This document shows positions 47,455 through 55,172 of a DNA stretch of 55,172 nucleotides, piece by piece; position 1 is the stretch's first letter, and the number at the start of each line of letters is the position of its first letter. The DNA is from Gemmatimonadota bacterium (GTDB taxonomy: Bacteria; 4572-55; J002), in NCBI GenBank assembly GCA_003697105.1, contig RFFQ01000170.1:1-55172 (forward strand). The letters are read 5' to 3'. A model generated the notes under the pieces. The model did not search any database and had not been told where the DNA came from. It was given only the letters and a program-made list of their open reading frames with translations. The position numbers were made by a program, and so were the translations under genes.

Positions 47455-47919
47455 CTAAACTTGTAGGGTCAATAGGATCAGCAAAAGCAAAATTATGGTG
47501 TATCCGATTCCCCCCACTTTCAAACCCCAATCGACTGGAATCACGGGAACAAACTGCCGGATAATTAAAAAGACGTAGCTGATACTGACCGGCAATAATC
47601 CCAACCAGAAAGCAATCCCCACCGGACGGTGTAAGAGCATCACCACCGGAATTGCCGCCAACGACCCCACAACAAAGGCGGAAAATGTACGGCGCGCCAG
47701 TCCAACGGGTGTCAGGTTCAGGTAAATCTCCAGCCCCCCGGTCACTATCCCCAACGGAAGGACCGTCATCCACCAAATGTCCCGCCACCGGTGCAAACTC
47801 ACCAAATCGATCATCAAACTAAGAGCGATGCCGGCAAAGCTAGCGGCGCCAATAGCTAAAACCATCCGGGTAATCCGGTCGGATCGGCTCTGTTCTTCTA
47901 TTTCTTCTCTTGTGTTCAT
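47455..47919 (-). CDS. hypothetical membrane protein (about 5 TMs)
   Basis: Hydrophobic ORF downstream of etfA. Confidence 0.65.
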   Translation of the reverse strand: MNTREEIEEQSRSDRITRMVLAIGAASFAGIALSLMIDLVSLHRWRDIWWMTVLPLGIVTGGLEIYLNLTPVGLARRTFSAFVVGSLAAIPVVMLLHRPVGIAFWLGLLPVSISYVFLIIRQFVPVIPVDWGLKVGGIGYTIILLLLILLTLQV

Positions 47920-48007
47920 CACCAACCCCCCAATAACAACACCCCGATTTCAGCAAGTCAAAACCGGGGTGTCTCAAATCATCCTTCAATGTCTCGTCAT
48001 CATTCGT

Positions 48008-48988
48008 TTAACCGGTATATCCGGCGGCGGCAAGTTCCGCTTTTAATTGGGGTACGACTTCAAATAGGTCGCCTACAATGCCGTAGTTTGCCACTTTGAA
48101 GATCGGCGCATCGGCATCTTTGTTGATCGCCACAATACACTTGGAAGACGACATCCCTGCCAGATGTTGAATTGCCCCGGAAATCCCGATGGCAATATAC
48201 AACTGTGGGGAAACGGTTTTTCCAGTCTGCCCGACCTGATGATCATGGGAGACCCAACCGGCATCCACAATCGCCCGGGACGCGCCTGCCGCAGCATGAA
48301 GTTGTGCCGCGAGTTCTTCGATCAGTTTGTAGTTTTCGGCAGCACCCAAGCCACGACCGCCAGAAACAATAATATCGGCTTCGGTCAATTCAACGTGTCC
48401 CCCACCGGAGACATGGGTTTCCCGCACCTTCACCGGCACATCACCTGCAGGCACCGTTAAGTGCTCCAACACAGGCGAGGCACTGGTATCCGGTTCGCCG
48501 GGTAAAAAGTTGTTAGGGCGCAAAGTTGCCACTTTAATGGCGGAGGTTATTTCAATCGTCGCATTGATCTTTCCGGCATACATAGGGCGCCGGATCAGCA
48601 GGTTGCCACCCTCGACTTTAAATTCGGTACAATCGGTTGCGACCCCGGCATCCAGTTTGATTCCCACTCGTGGCGCGACATCACGCCCTTGCACCGAAGC
48701 AGAAAGAAAGACGATATCGGCACCGGTTTGTTGTACCGCATCAACGATAATCTGGGTATAGGGTTCGGCGGCATATTCAGCTAACTGGGGATCATCTGCC
48801 ACTAGAACTTTAGCCGCGCCATACTGTCCCAGTGTAGCTGCCATATCGCTCACCCCGTTCCCGATAACCACGGCAACACACTCACGGCCCAGTTGGTCGG
48901 CTACCCGTTTACCTTCGGCAACCGCTTCAAACGCCCATTTTTTAAATTCGTGATTCTGTTGTTCGGCATAAACTAGCACATTTCCCAT
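48008..48988 (-). CDS. etfA: electron transfer flavoprotein alpha subunit
   Basis: VSGGRG, QVGQTGKTV.P.LYIAIGISGAIQH, AINKD. Confidence 0.96.
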   Translation of the reverse strand: MGNVLVYAEQQNHEFKKWAFEAVAEGKRVADQLGRECVAVVIGNGVSDMAATLGQYGAAKVLVADDPQLAEYAAEPYTQIIVDAVQQTGADIVFLSASVQGRDVAPRVGIKLDAGVATDCTEFKVEGGNLLIRRPMYAGKINATIEITSAIKVATLRPNNFLPGEPDTSASPVLEHLTVPAGDVPVKVRETHVSGGGHVELTEADIIVSGGRGLGAAENYKLIEELAAQLHAAAGASRAIVDAGWVSHDHQVGQTGKTVSPQLYIAIGISGAIQHLAGMSSSKCIVAINKDADAPIFKVANYGIVGDLFEVVPQLKAELAAAGYTG

Positions 48989-49016
48989 TTTTTTCTCCTG
49001 ATTTTAATGTCTCGAC

Positions 49017-49754
49017 TTATAAAACTTTCGCTTCTTCCCGAAGCAATCTAACCAATTCGGCGGCACTCTCAACAATTTTGCCGGCTTCACGGGGGGGCGG
49101 AGGTGTCATTTCTTTGATGACGACCCGTGGTTCGTCAAATGTAATATCGATGGTTTCCACCGGTTTCTTTTTTGCCTTCATAATATTCATCAGTTTGGGG
49201 TAACGGGGTTCAAACTCACCTTTTTGAGCCGTAATCACGCACGGTGTGGAAACCTCCACCACTTGGTGCCCACCATCAATTTCACGTTGGCAGATCAGTT
49301 TATCGCCTTCTTTTGTCACAGATGTTACAAAGGTCACGCACGGGATGCCGAGCATCGTCGCAATTAGTTGCCCGGTTTGGGCATCATCCGTATCGACCGC
49401 TTTCCACCCGAGCCAGAGCACGTCAAATCCTTTATCTTTGATGCTATCGGCAATTGCTTTCGCCGTGGTATAAGCATCTGGAGCCGGTTGGTCAGTTTTC
49501 AAATGAATCCCTCCATCGCCGCCCATGGCAATGGCTTTCCGCATGGATTCGATCACGGCATCGGAGCCAAGTGATAAAATCTGGACACTGCCCCCTTCTG
49601 CTTCCCGCAGCCGAATCGCCATCTCCACCGCAAATTCATCATAAGGGCTAGGTACAAACGTGACACCTTGGGTCTCAATACTAACACCATCACTTGCCAC
49701 TTTGATTTGTGCCGCGGTATCCGGCACATGTTTGACACAACAAATGCTGTTCAC
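49017..49754 (-). CDS. etfB: electron transfer flavoprotein beta subunit
   Basis: CVKHVPDT, PYDEFAVE, EPRYP; GTG start with AAGGAGG SD. Confidence 0.95.
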   Translation of the reverse strand: MNSICCVKHVPDTAAQIKVASDGVSIETQGVTFVPSPYDEFAVEMAIRLREAEGGSVQILSLGSDAVIESMRKAIAMGGDGGIHLKTDQPAPDAYTTAKAIADSIKDKGFDVLWLGWKAVDTDDAQTGQLIATMLGIPCVTFVTSVTKEGDKLICQREIDGGHQVVEVSTPCVITAQKGEFEPRYPKLMNIMKAKKKPVETIDITFDEPRVVIKEMTPPPPREAGKIVESAAELVRLLREEAKVL

Positions 49755-49851
49755 AATATCCTCCTTGAGGCATCATAAAGTGAAAAAAATCATTACGGGA
49801 ACTGGGGCTGAAATTAAGCAGGAGACGGTTAAAACGCAAGAGTTTTCGGAT

Positions 49852-50700
49852 TTAGGTATGTTTACGGTCTTGCCAGTTATACAGGGTTCGGGTGGTGACA
49901 TTTAGGTGTTTAGCGGCGGCTTTATTGGTGCGATATGTCCGTATTGCCCACTCCGCAAGTGCTTTATGGTAATCCGCTAACATCTCTTTGGCGGTTCGCC
50001 CGCGCTCAAAGTTGAATTGGGGTGTTGGTGTTGGTGGTGGGGAATGGTACTTGGCAAATTCCTGTTGGGCAAATTCCAGCGCCGATTTGGCCGGGATAAG
50101 TTTTCGAGTGGCGGCATCAAAACTCAAGTATGTTTTGTAATAGATGGCGATTTTTTGCAGATCGCGATAATTACCCGGTAATTGTTCTTGCTGCAACCAT
50201 TCGATCAATTCTGCTTCTAGGGGGCATTCCATAGACTCCGAAAATCGCATCTGCTCCCAGATGGATTGCCAGTCTTGCACCTGGTCCTCAGGGGTTTCCC
50301 GTAAAGGTGGTAACTCGATCACCAATTGGGAAATCCGGTCATAAAAATCGGGAAGTAGCATCTCCCGCAATACCGCAATAGATTGGTTGGAGACAAAAAT
50401 AAGTTTGCACCGCACTCTTTCTGGTTTAGAAGCCCCTACCCGCAGGACGGAAAGGTAGTTATCCTGATCCGTTTCAATTGCTTTCATCAACTTGGCTTGA
50501 ACTCGTTTGGAAAGGTGGTGTACCTCATCCAAAAAGAGAATTTTTTCATGTGCTTCTTGAAAAAGCCCGGGTTTTCCACCTCTTTGGGCACCCGTGAACG
50601 TACCTTCCACATAACCAAATAACTCGGTCTCCGCCATAATATCATCAGCAAAAGCGGCACAATTTGCGGAAACGACCATTCCCGACTTTTTCTCTTTCGT
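49852..50700 (-). pseudogene. 5'-truncated sigma54-interacting (RtcR-like) AAA+ activator
   Basis: ANCA, ETELFG..GTFTGA, LFLDE, PGNYRDL and C-terminal HTH present; Walker A and N-terminal sensor absent. Confidence 0.75.
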
Positions 50701-50703
50701 TCC

Positions 50704-50960
50704 GGCGGGAATTGGCTGGTGTCGTACACGTGGACGGTACGGCACGCATCCAGACCCTTTTTCAGCGGGAAAATAATCCATTCCTATTTGATCTATTGAC
50801 CTACTTAGACGACACATTGCAGATACCGGCACGGATTAACACCTTGTTCAACCGGCGCGGTGAACCTATTGTTCACACCACCACGGATGCCCTCCAAAGT
50901 GCTCGTGCCATGCGTCTGGATGCTGTGGTACTCAATGGCAATCTCACCGCTTTATCCTAG
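50704..50960 (+). pseudogene. 3' fragment of a NodU/CmcH-type carbamoyltransferase
   Basis: VVHVDGTARIQT, INTLFN..GEPIV; no N-terminal domain or start. Confidence 0.8.
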
Positions 50961-50976
50961 CCTTATCATTTTGTTT

Positions 50977-51005
50977 TTGACAAACCTTCCGTTTTTTCGT
51001 ATGAT
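50977..51005 (+). promoter_or_regulatory. sigma70-type promoter
   Basis: TTGACA-17 bp-TATGAT. Confidence 0.7.
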
Positions 51006-51131
51006 CCCAACCAAACCTCACGACCGTGTAGAATGCGTTTTGGAGGGCTAGCCGCCCTGTAAAGCCAATATAAATAACGTATTTTACACAGGGTTCCGTC
51101 GAATGACATTTCCTTAAAAAAGGTACATCTC

Positions 51132-52046
51132 ATGCGAGTCTTTTCTCTCATAGTGATAATCATAATATTAAATATATCATCCGGTTACGCGGATTCACCT
51201 TTAACTTCCACGCCGTTTTATCAAGCGTATCAGGATGTTGATATAGTCGTTCAGGCTCGATCAAATCGGGTACTCAGTCCGGAAATTGCACAATTTTTAT
51301 CCGATCCGGCAAAGCCAATCGATGTGAAAGCGGCAATTATCAACGCTCTTGGTTGGGATATAGAGGGCACTTCCTATGCCGTTACTTACAAACAGTATCT
51401 GCAGACAAAATACAATCTTACTGATGACGCCCAATTGATGGAAAAATGTCAGGCAGACGAGTTATTCTGCTGGGGTTATCTGACAGCATTGAGTGATTAT
51501 TTCCATCCAGAGCAGGCTTTACCGCTGTTGGAAGCGGCAAAAGCCAAAAATCCCACTAGCTTGACCGTGAATCTGATCTACACCCTAACCGTCACCCAAG
51601 GGTTATCCGTTGAGGATTGGTGTGACCGCTGGGAATTACCCCGGGCAGTCGTAGAAAGCACCACCCTGACACCGGATTTACGCCAACCGGCAATCACGAT
51701 CATCATGGATTATATGCAACTTTATGAAGCCGATTGCAGTGATGACCCGTGTGCCAATGCCATGACTCAAGCGGAGATGAATGTTTGTGCGGCAGAAGCC
51801 TATGATGCCGCCGACGCAGAATTAAACCGCATTTACCAAGAAGTGCGTGCCCAATTAGATGCGGAAATGAAAGCTAAATTAACCACTGCCCAACGCGCTT
51901 GGATTGCGTTTCGGGATGCACATTGTGATTGTGAGGCATACGAATTCAGCGGCGGGACGATTTATACCGCCATTTACTATGGGTGTCTTACCGAGATGAC
52001 TGAGCGACGGATCGAGGAAATCAAGCAGTTGATCGAGGAATATTAA
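51132..52046 (+). CDS. exported protein with C-terminal LprI (DUF1311) domain
   Basis: Signal peptide; C..AMTQAEMNVCA..ADAELNRIY..AQRAWIAFRDAHC. Confidence 0.85.
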   Translation: MRVFSLIVIIIILNISSGYADSPLTSTPFYQAYQDVDIVVQARSNRVLSPEIAQFLSDPAKPIDVKAAIINALGWDIEGTSYAVTYKQYLQTKYNLTDDAQLMEKCQADELFCWGYLTALSDYFHPEQALPLLEAAKAKNPTSLTVNLIYTLTVTQGLSVEDWCDRWELPRAVVESTTLTPDLRQPAITIIMDYMQLYEADCSDDPCANAMTQAEMNVCAAEAYDAADAELNRIYQEVRAQLDAEMKAKLTTAQRAWIAFRDAHCDCEAYEFSGGTIYTAIYYGCLTEMTERRIEEIKQLIEEY

Positions 52047-52065
52047 CTTAAACCGAGGAACGATA

Positions 52066-52785
52066 ATGAAAAAAGATTTTTTATACGAAGGTAAAGCCAA
52101 AAAATTATACACTACTGACGATCCTCACATCGTGCTAGTCATATATAAGGATGATGCGACCGCATTCAACCGCAAAAAAACCGGAACGATCCTCAACAAA
52201 GGAGTGGTGAATAACCGCATCTCAAATCACTTTTTCCAAATTTTAGCGGGTCATGGTATTCCTACCCATTTTATTGAGGAGCTTTCTGAGCGGGAAACGC
52301 TGGTCAAACGGGTGGAAATCATTCCGGCGGAAGTTATCGTTCGTAACCAAGTGGCGGGGAGCATGGCACGTCGCTTAGGATTGGAAGAAGGGCACGCTCT
52401 CGCCCATTCCACCATCGAATTTTCCTACAAGAAAGACGAGTTGGACGACCCCTTAATGGCAGATTCTTACCTCACGGCACTCAATTTATGCAGTCAGGAA
52501 GAACTGGATCAGATTAAAGGAATGGCGTTCCGAATTAATGAGATTCTACAACAGGAAATGCTCAATATCGGCATCAAATTGATCGATTTTAAATTGGAAT
52601 TTGGGCGAACCACCGCAGACGGTCAAATAGTGCTGGCGGATGAAATCTCCCCGGATACGTGCCGCTTCTGGGATGCAGAAACTCACAAAAAACTAGATAA
52701 AGACCGGTTCCGGCATGACCTAGGGGGCGTAGAAGAAGCCTATCAGGAAATGTATTACCGGCTATTGGGTAAAACCATCGGTTAA
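52066..52785 (+). CDS. purC: SAICAR synthase
   Basis: LYEGKAK, KDDATAFN, DFKLEFG, ADEISPDTCRFWD. Confidence 0.97.
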   Translation: MKKDFLYEGKAKKLYTTDDPHIVLVIYKDDATAFNRKKTGTILNKGVVNNRISNHFFQILAGHGIPTHFIEELSERETLVKRVEIIPAEVIVRNQVAGSMARRLGLEEGHALAHSTIEFSYKKDELDDPLMADSYLTALNLCSQEELDQIKGMAFRINEILQQEMLNIGIKLIDFKLEFGRTTADGQIVLADEISPDTCRFWDAETHKKLDKDRFRHDLGGVEEAYQEMYYRLLGKTIG

Positions 52786-52821
52786 CGATAGCTCTAACAA
52801 ATAACGATCCTCACGAAGGGA

Positions 52822-53079
52822 ATGGTAATGGTGTTTAAAGCGAATATCAAAGTTTTACTGAAAAAATCGATTTTTGACCCGCAGGGAGCGACGATTAAGC
52901 ACTCGCTCAATACCATCGGGTTTGAGAACGCAGAAGAAGTGCGTGTCGGGAAATATCTGGAACTCAAAATCACCGCACCGGACCGGGCTACAGCGGAAAC
53001 CCAAGCCCGGGAAATGTGCGAAAAATTGCTGTATAACCCGATCATCGAAATCTATGACCTCGAAATTGTAGACATCTAA
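52822..53079 (+). CDS. purS: FGAM synthase PurS subunit
   Basis: DPQG, VRVGKYLE, MCEKLL.NPIIE. Confidence 0.93.
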   Translation: MVMVFKANIKVLLKKSIFDPQGATIKHSLNTIGFENAEEVRVGKYLELKITAPDRATAETQAREMCEKLLYNPIIEIYDLEIVDI

Positions 53080-53102
53080 ACCGCCTTATATATTCCGGTA
53101 TT

Positions 53103-53137
53103 AAAAAGCCGTCACACTGCCACTCGTGACGGCTTTT
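53103..53137 (+). terminator. intrinsic terminator
   Basis: AAAAGCCGTCAC...GTGACGGCTTTT. Confidence 0.85.
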
Positions 53138-53150
53138 GTATCTGATAAAT

Positions 53151-54029
53151 ATGGAAAAAATAACCAGCCGGGCTACCCGGATCACCATCCTGACAAATGC
53201 GTTGCTTTTCCTCGTCAAACTGCTGGCAGGAATCTTTGCCGGCAGTTTAGCGATTATCTCCGATGCGATGAACTCCTTCATGGATATTCTCTCATCGGTA
53301 GCCATTTGGGCGGCGGTACGGGTCTCCTACAAAGAGGCGGATTGGAATCATCCCTTTGGGCACTCACGCGCCCAGCCCGTTGCCGGATTAGTGGTCGCCG
53401 TGTTGGCAGGCGTGCTGGGGATTGAAATTCTCCAAACCGCCATTATGAATCTCATCACCGCGACGCACGATCATCAATTTAAGCTAGTACCTGTTTTGGT
53501 GTTGGTTATCTCCATCTTGAGCAAACTGTTTTTGGCGCGTTATCTGCAGCACGTGGGCACTCAGGCAGATTCTCCGGCGATTCGGGCCAGTGCCGTCGAT
53601 AGCCGCAATGATGTTCTCATTTCCAGCGTTGCCTTAATCGGATACCTGCTGGCAACCATGGGCTGGCTGGCGGTGGATGATGTCGCTGCGATGATCATCA
53701 GTGGGTTCATCATTTACGCCGGCTTTGATATCGGCAAGGAAAATTTGGACTACCTGATGGGGAGCATCCCGGCAGAAGAACACGTGGAACGGATGAAAAA
53801 ATTGATGTTAAACGTGGATGGCGTGCTCGATTTTAACGAAATCCGGGCGCACTATGTGGGGCACTTTGTCCATGTGGAAGTGCATATTGATGTTGCCAGT
53901 GAACTCACCGTCCGCGAAGCCCACGATATCGGCACCGCTGTACAAGCCCAGTTGGAAACCCTCGATATTGTGGACCGGGCATTTGTCCATATCGACCCGA
54001 TCTGCGTCACCAGAGAGGGTAAAGATTAG
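53151..54029 (+). CDS. cation diffusion facilitator (FieF-like) transporter
   Basis: SLAIISDA..S..D, HPFGH, DSRND, VHIDP. Confidence 0.92.
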   Translation: MEKITSRATRITILTNALLFLVKLLAGIFAGSLAIISDAMNSFMDILSSVAIWAAVRVSYKEADWNHPFGHSRAQPVAGLVVAVLAGVLGIEILQTAIMNLITATHDHQFKLVPVLVLVISILSKLFLARYLQHVGTQADSPAIRASAVDSRNDVLISSVALIGYLLATMGWLAVDDVAAMIISGFIIYAGFDIGKENLDYLMGSIPAEEHVERMKKLMLNVDGVLDFNEIRAHYVGHFVHVEVHIDVASELTVREAHDIGTAVQAQLETLDIVDRAFVHIDPICVTREGKD

Positions 54030-54081
54030 CAAGACATTACCACTATAATCCACTTGACTTTTCCTGTGAATTATGAATAAT

Positions 54082-54115
54082 AGACCTGATAGATGGTGAT
54101 GTCAGGTCTTTTTTT
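54082..54115 (+). terminator. intrinsic terminator
   Basis: AGACCTGA...TCAGGTCT followed by a T-run. Confidence 0.75.
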
Positions 54116-54136
54116 ATAGAAAATATTGAGGTCAAC

Positions 54137-55024
54137 ATGCACACCGATCTTCACTCATTGCCAGAAAAACTCGCCTCCACAACCGGTGAAGAACGAGTCG
54201 CACTTCTGCTTGAACTCGCCAAAATCCGTTCGCGGAGTCACCACCAGCGCCAAACATGGACACAAGAAGCACTTGCGTTAGCAAAGAAATTTAATCTCCC
54301 TAAAAAAATCGGTGAGAGCTATCTGAGACTCGGCGAACTTGCCGAAGAGGTGGGTGAATATCAAAAGGCAATCTCTTATTTTCAACGGGCAGGCGACCTA
54401 TTTAAAACCGTTCCCGATTATGAGGGGCTTGCCATCAGCCATAACAAAACCGGTATTATCTATGGGCGGGAAGGGCAGTATTCCCAAGCGTGGGACTATT
54501 TTCATCAGGCGGTGCGTATCCGAAAAGCGCATCTCCACGGAAAAGGGTTAGAATACCCATACGATAATATCGGGATCGTTTATGCCGAACAAGGTGATTA
54601 TGCTCAAGCTCTAAAATTTTACCTGAAAAGCCTGAGCATAATTGAAAAAACAGGAGACCCGAAAAAGATCGCTCATTCCTATATTTTGATCGGCAACATT
54701 TACACATACCAGAACAAGTTTGAGCACGGTTTGGAGTATCATCAAAAAGCACTTGCGGTGTATGAACAAGTGGGAAACCGGTTGGGGTTGTCTGACTGCT
54801 ACATTAACATTGGTATCGCTTATCAAGGTTTGGGCGATTTAAATCGGGCACTCGAATACCATCTCAAAGCACTGGCAATTGATCAGGAGATGGCGGATAT
54901 GGGGCGGCAAACACAATCACTGAATAGTATCGGGCGTCTTTACGAAGCGTTGCAGAACCCTGAGCAGGCACTGGTATATTATCACCACACCATCGTCGAG
55001 CCGTACGGCAATATCGCACGCTGA
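54137..55024 (+). pseudogene. TPR protein, probably 3'-truncated by IS-derived sequence
   Basis: TPRs resemble those of the 3010 kinase; the last TPR breaks off at about 54990 (YYHHT|IVEPYG). Confidence 0.65.
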
Positions 55025-55172
55025 AACAGCAGATGTCTGAACGGGAGGCGGCACTCATCAATTTGAGACCTTTTTGAATGAGCGTCACATTGAACATGAT
55101 CTGATTACCCCGTACTATCCCGAAAGCAATGGCAAGGTCGAAGCCTTGATCAAAATCATCAACCGCGAATGC
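54990..55172 (+). mobile_element. remnant of a DDE (rve; IS481/IS3-like) transposase
   Basis: Frame 55041-55172 reads FETFLNERHIEHDLITPYYPESNGKVEALIKIINREC (PxxNGxxE integrase-core motif); TGA at 55038 and no start. Confidence 0.75.

Noticed and set aside
50700-50832. N-terminal extension of the 326-aa ORF 49852..50832
   Set aside because: It is the antisense of the carbamoyltransferase fragment, not activator sequence

Overview
55 kb of bacterial chromosome from a diderm organism (lipoproteins, OmpA, type IV pilins); no rRNA, tRNA or CRISPR array is visible. Core genes include recJ, pyrB-pyrI-purK-purE, glgX, polX, bshA/bshB1/bshC, trxA, etfAB and purC-purS. Main points of interest: (1) a roughly 10 kb pilin-modification locus (31817-41890). 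A sigma54/IHF-type promoter drives a major type IV pilin carrying N-D-S and D-S-N-A-T sequons. Downstream are a second pilin, an AglB/STT3-like transferase with HYNDG in place of WWDYG, WbqC, a GT2, two sulfotransferases, a methyltransferase, a flippase-like protein and an RffA aminotransferase. (2) Short-period tandem repeat arrays beside start codons; one precedes a four-helix-bundle gene and shares an exact 24-mer with a gene-less array 30 kb away. (3) A candidate ~90 nt sRNA exposing an anti-SD plus anti-AUG sequence. (4) A membrane pseudokinase beside an FHA-GAF-adenylate cyclase. (5) A methyltransferase in the bacillithiol operon, a candidate N-methyl-BSH synthase. (6) Several decay, deletion and IS scars. 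All assignments come from reading motifs by eye; no database searches were run.
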